DNA of 64,000 bases from Kondoa subrosea (Eukaryota), in NCBI GenBank assembly GCA_039545335.1, contig BCIN01000006.1:372001-436000 (forward strand), written 5' to 3'. The position numbers and the translations under genes are program-made. Shown one piece after another: positions 13,801 to 28,153 of this stretch; positions within the stretch are counted from its first letter, which is position 1, and every line of letters starts with the position of its first letter. A model generated the notes under the pieces. The model was not told the origin of the DNA. It saw only the letters and a list, made by a program, of their open reading frames with translations, and made no database searches.

Positions 13801-14969
13801 TCGTGTCGAAGCCATTCGAGTCATCAAAGAATCTTCGGCTACTCTCAGCGATCGCAAGCTTACTTCAGATCAAATCGCAGCTTTCAAAGCTTATGCTGAT
13901 CGTAAAGCTTCGGCAAGTACTTTGGTCATCAAGCCCAGAGAAACTCGAAGAGGGTCTTCTACTGTTCCGGATCGTCGCATCGCAAGCACTTCGACAGTGG
14001 GACCTATTGCACGTCGCACACCGAGCGTTACTGTCCCGCCTCCTGCTCCTCGACCGCAAGTAGTCGCCAATCGCTCAAGTACCAGCTCCCTTCGATCTTC
14101 TACAAGTACCGGTTCTCTATTCGCTGGATATGGATTTGTCTTGACTGGTTATGAAGATGATTCAGCTTCCTCGACAGGTCCGGATGCGCCGCCTACCGAA
14201 GGCCATTATCGATCATCAAACAAACAAATCGTGGCTGAACGAATTCGGCGAGAAGGTGGTATTATCATTGACGACATTGCTGAACTATTCAGAGCCAGCG
14301 AAAGTACAAATGGAGAAGTTCAACTTACTTTCCAAACAGAAGGCAAACACAAAGATCTGAAAAACATCTTTTGCCTGTCTGATAGACCACGACCTCGGGA
14401 AAAATATCTTCTAGCTCTGTCTATTGGTATTCCTTGTATCTCTACAAGATGGGTTGACGAAACTTTCGAGACTGGTATTAAAGCAGAATGGGATCTTTAC
14501 ATGCTTGGATCAGGTTACTCGTTGGACATGGGAGGTCACTGTTGGGGCCGACAAGCGAAACTACTCAAGCACGACACATTCTCTTTGGCTGAATTGGAAG
14601 AACGTCATTCAGTCCAACAGATTTTCAAAGATCGCAACTTCTTGTTTGTGACCCCTTCCGGTCTAGCTAAGTCTGTGAGTAAATTTGTTGAACTTTTTAA
14701 CTTGTAAAGGCTGACTTGATGATCAGCGCGTCACGCTTGTGCGAATGATTGTTACTGCATTGGGCGCCAATCGATTCGAAACCTGTTCTGAGAAAGACAG
14801 CACACTCAAGGACAAGACAATCAACGCTGATCGAGTCATGCTCGAAGATAAAGCTTCTATTCCTGCGTCACTACCTCACAGCAAACGAAATGTTTTGGTC
14901 AATATGCAATGGTTGAAAGAGAGTTTGGCTGCTGGAAGAGCTTTACCGCCTTTGCGAATGGAAGTGTAG
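10822..14969 (+). CDS. DNA-damage checkpoint mediator, Rad9/Crb2/53BP1-like (SQ/TQ cluster, Tudor, tandem BRCT)
   Basis: N-terminal SQ-rich region; Tudor-like VFAYW...YYPA...VKFDDG; BRCT LFAGYGFVLTG...KYLLALSIGIPCISTRWV; second BRCT ending VNMQWLKESL. Confidence 0.82.
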
Positions 14970-15187
14970 CGTAAGATCCGGTTTGCAGATTATGAGAGCG
15001 TCGTGTACTTGTATCATAGCTTATCATGATTGTATTACAATGAATCATGAAAATGCAAGATAAAGTTGCAGCTGTAGATATCGCGCAAGCTTAGGAGATA
15101 GATCCACAGCAATTTGATGCCTTTGCCCGTGTCAGGTCGACGTGTCCATTTGATAAATTTCGCGTTTCTCTTTGACCTCGGTCATCC

Positions 15188-16538
15188 ATGCGCTCGTTGA
15201 TACCCATTCAGCTGTTACTAGCTATCCTGCTATGTCTAATAGCTACAAGTTTGGCCAAATCCACAGATTATTACAAAGTACTTTCTCTACGGAAAGACGC
15301 AACATCTGCTCAGATCAAGACGTCTTACCGCAAACTATCTAAAAAGTGGCATCCAGATAAGAACAAATCACCTGAAGCGGATCAAAAGTTTCACGCCGTT
15401 TCCGAGGCATATGATGTTCTGTCAGATGAAGAGACTCGTAGGATCTATGATCAACACGGTGAAGAAGGTGTGAAAAGGCATAGAAGCGGTCAATCTGCTG
15501 GTGGTCATGATCCGATGGACATCTTTTCTCGTTTCTTTGGAGGAGGGAGACAGCAACAGCAAGAACGTAGAGGTCCTAATATGGTCTCTGAAGTGCTTGT
15601 AGATCTCAAAGATATCTACGTTGGTAGAACGTTCGATGTAGGTGTCTATCATTAAAGGTCTTACGAATTGTCAGGCTGATTTGACATGGCCCAGTTCGAC
15701 ATATCTGCTAAACGATTGTGTGAACATTGCGGTGGATCAGGAGCGCACAGTCCGAAAGATATCATTGATTGCCCGACATGTCAAGGTAGCGGAGTTGTTC
15801 TAGTACGGCAGCAGGTAATCACTATTATCTGCCATCTGTTACACCTATCTGACTATGATTCAGCTTGCGCCTGGTATGTTCACGCAAATGCAATCACATT
15901 GTAACCGAGTAGGTCGAATCGAAGCCCTTGTTGCCTTCTTCATACTAACAGTGCTATAGTGCGGAGGAAGAGGCAAACAAATTAAGAGAACCTGCAAAAC
16001 ATGTCAAGGTCATCGACTTTTGCAATCTCCAGTCTCGCTCTCGCTTTCAATAGATCGAGGGTTACCAGATGATTCTGAGATTGTTTTCGAAAACGAAGCA
16101 GACGAACATCCTGATTACGTTGCTGGGGATGTGATTGTTCGAGTGAAAACAAAATTAGAATCCGGTGGTTGGTCTAGAAAGGGAGCGAATTTGTACTGGA
16201 AGGAAGTGATCAGCGTTCAGGAAGCTTTGTTTGGTTTTGAGAGGAGGATAGAAAGTTTGGATGGTCATTATTTGACTTTGAAAAGGGATGAAGTGACGCA
16301 ACCTGGGTTTGTGCAAGTCATCAAAGATGAGGGTATGCCGCATTACCATTCAAGCGGTAACGGTGATCTTTTTGTTCGATACGATGTCGTACTACCATCA
16401 AAGCTGGGCGCAAAGACCAAATCAAGTGAGTGATGTCTTCTATAGATCTGTGCTTCCTTCTGATCAAGTACAACAGAGCTACAAACCGCATTTGGATACT
16501 CAACAAAACAAGCAGCAGATATCCACGTCGACCTATAG
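15188..16538 (+). CDS. SCJ1: ER-luminal type I DnaJ co-chaperone (Scj1-like)
   Basis: Signal peptide; J domain with HPD; four CxxCxGx zinc-finger repeats across exons; C-terminal DnaJ domain; last exon ends ...DIHVDL*. Confidence 0.88.
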
Positions 16539-16547
16539 AACCAGATG

Positions 16548-18778
<2,231 letters not shown>

Positions 18779-18818
18779 TTGGTACTCCTCCTCGACTGTA
18801 TGAAGTCAAGCCAATTCA

Positions 18819-18832
18819 CGCGCATTACGTAA
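18819..18832. promoter_or_regulatory. CGCGCATTACGTAA motif upstream of MSM1 (bZIP-type palindrome)
   Basis: TTACGTAA lies about 47 bp upstream of the MSM1 ATG; a near-identical 14-mer occurs at 30971. Confidence 0.35.
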
Positions 18833-18971
18833 CACAGGTTGTTGATACCTTGAATGATGGAAAGTAATTGATACGGCAATGTACAGATGGTTATGCACGA
18901 GAAAACGGAATTAGCTGAATACAAAAGAGCCTATCCAAATATCTCTTCTAGTCGATTCGGATCCTCTACTT

Positions 18972-21793
18972 TTACTCATTCAAACTCTGGAATTTCGAAG
19001 TGATGCGATCGTTCAATGACTTGAGTTCTGTCAGAAGCCACACAACGATGAGTATATAGTATACCGAAGTTTTCTGATCACTGACTTTGATCGATGGTTT
19101 CTTGTCCCTGTGAAGGGCTTTCGAACTTCATCTGTCCAACAAAAGCTGCTTTTTAGCACACATACATGCAAAGAGAAACCATCGCCGAACCTGAGACAAT
19201 GCATACCACTCATCGTTAGTTGCTTCCCTGACTTTCGACCAAGTCAGGTCTCCAGATTCAACAGCCTTGAGTGCTTGATTGTAGTATGACATAAAGTTGC
19301 GAATCATACCGTTGGTCTTGTACTGTGAGCGAAAGTCCCAGTTCTTAGCAAGCACAACTTGCATACGGACTATATCACTCACAAATGGACAATATCTGTC
19401 GTATTCCGAAATACCGTTCTGTTGCAGGAAATCGTCCTTGATCAACCTCGCAACATCCAGAGTAACTTTATCCGGTTCTCCCAAAGCACTCTTTCCTACC
19501 AATTGCACAATCTCTGCCAACTCATCTTCCTTTTGCAGAACTTCTTTGCAGCGATTTCGGTAGTCAACGAAAGCAGGTTCTGTTTTGGCGTACCAAGGTT
19601 GCAAGACGCTGACATATTTCGAGTAGGAAACGTTCCAGTTGACTGAAGGGAAATGTTTGCGCTGTGCCAATTTTTTGTCCAATCCCCAAAACACCTGTAC
19701 ATCGATGGTAACAACTAAGCCAACTATGGCAAGAGCTCGACATCAACGTACCTGAACGATACCAAGAGTAGCAGACGTAACAGGATCTGAGAAATCGCCT
19801 CCAGGTGGTGAAACGCTATCAATCACAATTCAGCCTTCCTTCACCATAATCCTTATAAAGCAGGCACTCACGCTCCAATAATAGAAACTGTTCCTTCTCT
19901 GTTTGGTGAACCCAATAAAGTCGCTTTACCCGCTCGTTCATAGAAGGAAGCCAATTTCGCTCCAAGATAAGCAGGATAACCAGAATCGGCAGGCATTTCA
20001 GCTAATCGACCAGAAATTTCACGTAAAGCTTCAGCCCATCTTGATGTAGAATCAGCCATCATTGCTACGTTCTTGCCTTGATCTCTAAAGTATTCGGAAA
20101 GTGTGATACCAGTGTAAATGGAAGCTTCTCTAGCAGCCACAGGCATGTTCGAAGTATTAGCAATCAAGGTTGTACGTTTCATGATTGGTTCTTGTCGTCC
20201 ATCAACATCAATACTCAGTTCAGGGAATTCCATCAAGACCTGTGAGAAAAAGGATGTTAGAATCAGCTGATGCTGATACAACCATCACAATACCCACTTC
20301 AGCCATCTCGTTGCCACGTTCACCGCATCCAACGTAAATGATGATATCAGAGTTTGAGAACTTAGAAACAGCTTGAGAAATGACAGTTTTGCCGCAACCG
20401 AAAGCACCAGGAATAGCAGTCGTTCCTCCTTGTACACATCTGTACGGCAGATAGTATCAATTTTGAGCATGATAGTATACTTCAGTTGACACATGCACGC
20501 ACGGGAAAAGACAATCCAGAACACGTTGACCAGTAAGTAGAGGGTAATCAGCTTGAAGTTTCTCTCCCGTTGGTCGAGGTGCTCGAACAGGCCAGACTTG
20601 CATCATTGTATGTTCAGTCTTCTTTCCTTGGAACTCAGTCTCCAGCACCACATCCTATTTGTCGAAGTCGTTCAAGATCTCCTTACGAGATAATGAACGA
20701 TCAGACGAACCTCAACAGTGTATTGACCCTTTTCAGCAATGTGTGTAATTGTACCCATAGCACGAGGAGGAACCATGATCTTGTGATCGTGCAGCAAAGA
20801 GTTTTCATAAACTGTACCAAAGATGTCCCCTCCGGAAACATGATCGCCAACTTTGTAATCTGTCGGTGTGAAATCCCACTTGATTTGACGATCTAGAGCA
20901 TTGGTGTTGATACCACGAGGGATGTAGATGGATTCGGAAATGTCGGCGATGGATTTCAGTGCTACATGCGCAAAAGGAGCTAAGCAAAGTAATTGCTTTA
21001 ACCATTTTGGACATACGTCGCTGAATACCATCATAGATGTTACTCATGAGACCTGTGCGTGACGAGAGAAGCCTTGAGTGAGTTCTCGCTATTCTGCACT
21101 TCAACGCACCTGGACCCAATTCGACTGATAGCGGTTTGCCAGTCCGAAGTACTGGATCTCCTATCGACATGCCCGAAGTCTGTCCAACACCTCGCAAGTA
21201 AGCAACGAGCTTGCAGATGCGATAGGTGACAAACCTCTTCGTAAACTTGAATAGTAGCTTTATCGGCGTCAATGCGAATAATTTCTGTAGGCAAATCATA
21301 GTCATAAGCTGTCACAGTATATTGACTCGGAAACCTACCTCCAACGAGCTCATCGTGTCCAACTCTGCATCACGATTGAGCTCGGACAACTCCTGATTAA
21401 CATCTTGAAACTCACTTGACCAATTCGTACATAGCAGCTCCAGCCTGTGCAAAAGAACGAGCCGACTTAGCTACTATGCAGCAATCCCAGCCCTCAACGC
21501 ACCATATGCTCGGCCACGACGACGCTGAAGCAATTCCAATTGAGCACTCGCCCAAGCATTTCATCGAATTGAGGCAGACTTACGGTCCAGAAACAGAGTA
21601 GACAGATCCAAAGACAGCCTCATTGTCCTCTGTAGGCTCATCTCAGTCACGCCATCCCCAAGTAAGGGGAAAGGAGATCTGTTCGAACTTACCGTCGCTG
21701 ATGCGCTTGGTTTTCTTTGCTCTGTCCATTGCGCCCTGCGATCTAGAGTTAGGTATACTTCCAGCGGTCTCGTAGAGCTCTACTGACGGCCAT
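18972..21793 (-). CDS. VMA1: V-type H+-ATPase catalytic subunit A, highly intron-rich, intein-free
   Basis: Walker [65 protein letters not shown]; 6-nt first exon ATGGCC at 21788-21793. Confidence 0.97.
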
Positions 21794-22042
21794 ATTGAAA
21801 GTAACTTGGCGGATTGGGATAGAGAGAGAGCGTCAGTGCGAATCTGCGACTGAGATCACTTGACTGGGTCTACCTCCTACAACGACAACGACTCAAGGAG
21901 AGTGAAGCAAGAAAGCAACGGAACTATGCTGCTCGCAATTGCACATTGACATTTTACACTGATTTGTATACTTCCGCTTCCTTCACCAACTTATCCCAAT
22001 CACAATACTTAGATAGACAATTGGATAAGAAGCATAGCTACT

Positions 22043-24446
22043 TTAGTTGTGATAGAGTTCTTGAATTCGAGGAGAAGTAAAGAAATCTTGTCTTTCCAAT
22101 TGAGCGCGTCCAGCAATTTCACATTGGGTTCCAGTCTTGGCTGATTTATCGGCTCGAGAAGAGTAAGCGAAAGCTGGTACCAAACGTATCGGCTGAGTTT
22201 CTGCATCCAAAGTTGAGTAAGGATACCATTTAGGAGCGGTCTTCAATGCGTATTTGTTTGGGCTGCGGATCGTTTTGAGTCATTCTACGAAGAGAGACAG
22301 GAAGAAACAGCTCACTCGCCAGATCGAATGAAAGAACCAATATAGGCACGGAATTCCAAAGCAACATTAAGCTCTTCTTCAGTCATGATGGCAGTTGCAT
22401 TTTGCAAGTAAGTATTGTCGGCAGAATGCGTGACGAAACCCAGAGCATACTTGTCTCCATTTCTGCCAGTCGTGCCAACATTAGGAGCGTCGAATCTGAA
22501 ACTGAAGACGCATTGAGGGTTGGCGTATTTCGAAAAGGCTTTAGCCATCAAGCGCTCCTGATAGATAAGTCAATCAGTGTCCTCATGGCTGGTAACAAGA
22601 AAGCTAACGGATCCGGAAATTCCTGAGTCACCAAAAGGACTGCCACCCAACTCTTGAGCTTGATGACCATCCACCATGAAAGCACCTCCGCCAGTCACAT
22701 CGCCAAAAGTACCATTGACTGGATAGTAGCTGGCAATTTCTGCCGCTACACTCGAGACGTTGAATACTAGAGTAGTTCTCAGTACTTTCTCAGGTCATGT
22801 AAAAGAAACGTACGATTTGTGTTTTGGGCAGTCAGTCCAGTAGCATTGGCCGGTAGCATTGCGCCTCCTTCATCATTCACATAACCAACAATGAGTGGCT
22901 TGTTTGCGACTTTTCCAGCTTGGTATAAAGCGGTCAAATGATCGGTAAGAGTGACATGGTCAATAGCTAAAAAACATCCGGATCAGCTTGCGTTGCAACG
23001 AGAGAAAGGTTGATAATCACTAGGTATGAACGTTCCCCAGGTCACGTTAGGTTTGGTTTGATCGATGGGCATATCGCTTAAAGCATCAGCAGCGGAAACC
23101 AAAGCAGATGGCTCTTGCGCGCGGAAACATGCAAGCTGGCTCTGATCAGAAGAACAGTTGAGTAGGCTTGCATAGAGATCGTTGCGCGCTCCGTATTGCT
23201 CGATAGTGTACATGGGCGAACGCTGAACGGATCTGTAAGGTTGATGAGTGGACATCAAGTAGAGACGAGACCAATGTCATACCGAGCAATAGCTTGCTGA
23301 AATTTAGTGCCCTTACCGTCATACAACGCAAGCTGAGCGGCGACAGAGTATCCACCCTGATTAGGAATCAGCTTGATGTAATTTCAACTTCAGTGAGGGC
23401 CAACTTACCCCTGATTGACCCGCGATAGTCAGCTGTTCCGGATTACCGCCAAATCTAAACCAAGTGTCAGGATAGATAAAAGTCGAACTGATCATAAATT
23501 GACCTACTCTTCGATATTGTCGATAACCCACTGCACAGCCATGCGAGAGTCTAGAAGGCCAGCATTCGCAGATTCACCTTCCTTAGTAAGCTCCTCGCTA
23601 GCCATAAAACCAAGCCCTCCTAATCTATATGCTGGATTGACAGCGATGAAGTTCTGATCTTGTGAAACCCCTATCAAAAGCTCGTTAAGTCAATCTTAGG
23701 ATCGCATCTGAAGCACAGCTGCTCACAGTCCGAGAAATCGTTGTTTGGTGCAGAGGAGAATTCTATCGAAGACAAATAAGCCTAAATTTCATGTCTAACA
23801 GACACAGCCTTACGAAGTCCACCGCCTACACGACAAATTCAGCACCTCAAAATAGAGCCATAATATCAATGCGTACCATGGGTGTAGATATGTACGGGCA
23901 ATTTGTCCCCTTTCTTCGCACCTGCCGGTTTCCAGATCCAAAGCTTCAAGCAATCTTCCACACCTGGTCCAGCTTTTACACCAGTATATTTTCCGTTAGC
24001 TACACCAAATTGAACGCAACTATCATCCCATTTATATCAAATGAGGGATATGGTCGATAATAATGAAGTTCATTTACCGTAAAGCATCATCAGAAACATC
24101 TTGAACTTCATCTGATTGAGTAGGGAGCGGCTTAGGACCTTTGTAACGTAAATTGCCAACAGGTGGAGCGGCATAAGCGATTCCCTTCCAAGACTTCAAA
24201 CAAAAGCTCGTCAGACGAATCAAACATTCGAATAGGAAGCAATGAAGTACTGACCTGGACGGTTCCGTTATTCTGTAGGATACCTTTCCACTTGCCTGCA
24301 GCACCTAAGTCGATTACTGGGTAAGCAGAGGAGGAAGAATTATCGTTATTGCGAGCATTAAGGACATGTCGCTCTTCCCAGACTAGAGGAGACGCCAACG
24401 ATGAAGTAATCGAAAGTGCTAGGATGAGACTAGAGACGGATACCAT
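22043..24446 (-). CDS. Secreted type-B carboxylesterase/lipase (alpha/beta hydrolase)
   Basis: Signal peptide; WKGIAYAAPPVGNLR; spliced HGGG oxyanion motif; YRLGGLGF; NAGLLD; FGGNP...GQSGG nucleophile elbow; THSAD His. Confidence 0.9.
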
Positions 24447-25053
24447 GTTAAATCTGACAGGTCAATTACAAGAAAACTCTCAAAAATAGACCGAGAGAAG
24501 TTACTGCATGCAAAATGATTTCGCTACAGAGGAAGAATGTGGCCCCGCTTTGGTGCGCTAATGAGAAAGCGATCGCGTGTAACGGGAAAGAAGGTCGCGC
24601 TAGGCAGTACCATTGAGCAGATACCGACCAGGCCAAAGGTATGTAGTAGAGTCTCCGATGAGACATCCGGCACAGACAGCGTTGATATCAAATAGCGCTC
24701 GCTCGTTCACAATACCTTGACGACCTTTTCGACATTCGGAGTGCACCGAACATGATGGGTTTCTTGTCCTCTTAGCACAGGCGCCGGACAATAGGTACAT
24801 GTGAAGAGTGTCTTGCTATCCTGAGCAAGGGCAACAGCCATTGTATGCTGCAAAGTGTGTACATCCTGAAATGACAAGTATTATAGTTGCATTTGAAGCT
24901 GGTGTAGATATCTTGCAGACATTGATGGCTGTAGATTCATGTAGGAGACATCCTTCTAGGGGAAAGACAAAAAGAGTGGCACAGATCTATTATTCGACTA
25001 TTGTTCGCTGTTGCAGCAAAACACTGAATTTTGATCGCATGAACACTGTTATC

Positions 25054-26679
25054 ATGGCCGACGACGACGACTCAGGCAGACCAAAGAAGAGGGCCAGAAC
25101 AACACAAGATGGCCCTGTCTTAGCAGATTCTGTTGCTTTATACCAATCTTCGGTTGATATCCTGCATGCTTTCACTTCTTCCGATCTCACTGCTACTGGC
25201 TCTCCCAATGCAGCACACAAAGTCTCTACTGTTCCATTCCCTTCTATCATCTTAGATAACCTCTTCTCCCCTTCCTTCTTACTTAAAGTCAAGAGCCAAC
25301 TATTGTCCCTAGCCTATTATCCACGCAAATCTGATCTCTTCTCCTATTTCGGCACACACGATCTATCGACCAACGATGTAGTTTCGTCCAACAGCGCTTT
25401 AGCTATATTGCGAACAGAAATTCATTCGGAAGCGTTCACGACCTTTTTGTCGCAAGCTACTGGAGTGGAACTTACACCTGGCAAAGTGGATATGAGCTCT
25501 CATATTTACAAGAGAGGTGATTGGTTAGGGTGTCATGACGATGATATAGAACAAGCGGATCAAGGGAGAAGGATAGCGTTCATCATTTATTTGGTTGATG
25601 AAGCTTGGAGTGAGAAAGATGGTGGGAATTTGGCCTTGTTTGATTTGTGAGCTTCAATCATCAAGCAAGGTTCGGTGTTGAATTTTCTTGCGCAGGGATT
25701 CTGGAGGTAATCCAGGTCAAGTCAAGAACTCAATAGCACCGAAATGGAATCGAATGGTGAGCTATCCCATTACGCGAGTCTATCAATCCTAACTAAGATG
25801 ATTAGGCCCTCTTTGAAGTCACTCCTTCCTCATGTCATGAAGTCCAAGAAGTGACTGTTCCAGCATCAGACGAATCCAAGCGGTTCAGGTTATCAATCTC
25901 AGGCTGGTTTCACGGTCCTCTATCTTCTCGATTAGCTCTGCGAAACTTCTTACCTCTTACTACCACATTCTTACAAGACTTTATCAATCCAATTTACCTC
26001 GATTCGAGAAAACAACTCGAACTTCGGCAATCTTTCGCAGAAAGCTCGGTGCTTTCCCTGATCGATTTCTTACGTCCTGAGATACTAAGGAAGATTCATT
26101 CTAAATCGGTACAATGGAATGAACAAGCGATCGGACCAGCTAGCGTTAGACGATTTCATACACTTTCTCCCTCTTCCTCCTCTACTTTGGATCAAGTGAG
26201 AGCATGGTTCGGTTCCTCTCAAGGCTGGGAGTTCCTCAAATCTATAACGGGTCTGGACGATGAGAGTCCAAGAGTAAGATGTATGGCACGGAAATTCTCT
26301 CAAGGTTGTTATGTGAGTTCTCAACTTCTTCATTGTCAGCTACAAGCTGATTCAATATGTTCAGACTATGCTGCATGATCATGCGCAAGATCCATTGGGT
26401 CTAGATGTGATTCTGAGCCTTACTGCTTCAGACTGGAACGAAGAATACGGCGGGAAAATCATTTATTCTCCTGCTGCTCCAACATCCGAAGAATCTCAAG
26501 CTGAAACAGCGGAAGATGGATCATTGTTCGAAGCGAGTGCAAAGAGCAACGTGCTGAGTTTGGTTTTGAGAGATAAAGGTGTTTTGCGGTTTGTGGAACG
26601 CGTCAATTGTCGGGCTGGATCAGAAAGTAGGATTGATATCGAGGCTTTGTATAGAGTCGATATGACTGGAGAAGATTGA
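25054..26679 (+). CDS. TPA1: Tpa1/OGFOD1-like ribosomal prolyl hydroxylase (2OG-Fe(II) oxygenase)
   Basis: LGCHDD (HxD), RRIAFIIYLV..W...DGG.L.LF, PKWN, HEVQEV, RLSISGWFHG, and a C-terminal OFD domain (VLRDKGVLRFV). An alternative ATG lies at 25039. Confidence 0.85.
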
Positions 26680-26843
26680 TATCTTTTGCATGTCGGTATA
26701 CCGAGTCACGCTCTTGCTTTGAATTTCGTAAAACCATCCGTTGTTTCCTCAAACATGCTTCGTGTTTCCTCATTGGGAGGTGCATTAGCTTGACTCCCCA
26801 GTCAGCTTATGCTACAACTTCCTCTGGAAGTAAAACTCGCGCT

Positions 26844-27720
26844 ATGAGTCAAGACCGCATTTCCTCGTGTGTTGCTTGTTTTGTGTATGTAACTTAAGCT
26901 GACAATTGTATGCAGTCTACACGCAGATCTCTATGAGATCATACACTTTTCGAGAGGGGGAAGGTCCGAGTCTCATCATCCCTCTGCTACTGGTCAATGC
27001 TCTCGCCGAGCAAGACTTAAATCAAGTCGATGCGCTTCACCAGAAATTATATCCCTCCACCCCTCACTCTTTTGGAATCTGCTCGAGTGTCTTTCTCAAA
27101 AGCATAGAAATTTTGGCCTGTCGATGTTATGGTGGTCCGCGAAAGCGTGATCAACTGGTCGAGTCAAGTTGATTGAAAGCATCGCCGTCAGCTTAACGAA
27201 TTTGTGTCTTCACACCAAACTTCCTTACTGCACGACTTTTGGCATGCTTTTCTTTCCTGGTCTCCCTTATTTGTTCTTCTTCGGAAGTACAACAAAGTTT
27301 TACGATACTTCGCAAACGTTTCAAAGAGCATCGTTCTATAGCTCCGCGCAGCTGGTTCTCGTTCGCTGCCTTCCATAGCACGTATGTCAGAATTATCGAT
27401 CGGTCTTCATCACCGTGAGAACATGCTTGCGTTTTGACGAAAGGAGAACTTGCTGGAAGGGATGTGTTCGTGCTGGAAAGGAAGACTTTGTTTTAATACA
27501 AAGCTCGAGTGATTGAGAGTGAGGATTCGAGGTTGGGAATGGAGCGTAGGGATTGCCTGATCTATATTTCTCATCCTTTATTGGATTTGAGGAAGGAAAG
27601 GGCTTCAGCTCACTCTGCGGTGGGCTAAACGATTGTGCCCCTGTGCCTCTCTCAGCCTAACTCGATGTGAGTTGACTCAATTTACCTTGTTTGCTTTTGA
27701 CTGATGTGTCTGTGTCTAGT
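26844..27720 (+). pseudogene. Possible decayed gene (F-box/LRR-like fragments) with residual introns
   Basis: An ATG at 26844 and intron-like segments (~26867-26915; 27667-27719) give MSQDRISSLHADLYEII and LRR-like SLTNLCL...FPGLPYL, but every frame is broken by stops. Confidence 0.25.
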
Positions 27721-27761
27721 CGGACTATTCTGACTCGTAGCGCACCTATCTCATACTTTAA

Positions 27762-27835
27762 ATGATGATATTTAGATTCGGGTCTCTGTTGTGACGTCTT
27801 TAGACCGAGCACATTGAACTAATCTACTACTCTGA
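27762..27835 (+). ncRNA. Candidate box C/D snoRNA-like sequence
   Basis: ATGATGA (C box, 27762) and CTGA (D box, 27832) 74 nt apart with an internal hairpin, in a non-coding region. No rRNA guide was identified by eye. Confidence 0.22.
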
Positions 27836-28153
27836 TACTGTATCTTTTTGATCTGTGCAATCCATCTTGTGATATGAAACAACATGTGACAGACTACAGA
27901 GTGCTCGCTTCTTGTAATATCTCTTCTCCCTCGCAAAAGTAGCAAGGTTTCCTCGCAACTGTGTTGTCCTTTTGATTGGTCTCAATCGTTCCTCTAATCG
28001 CTGCTCTTTGCCTTAAGTGATTACTCACAATAATGCAAAGCGGCGGTTATGACTGGATCTTAATGCACTCTAGCCACAATAATGCGAACTATATTTCTAA
28101 GGCTTACTATAACACTAATGCTCTACTCTGTAATACCCAAGCTACTACATTGT

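Noticed and set aside
20290..20345. VMA1 intein/homing endonuclease
   Set aside because: The canonical insertion site (IIYVG^CGERGNEM) is contiguous and no large insert is present.
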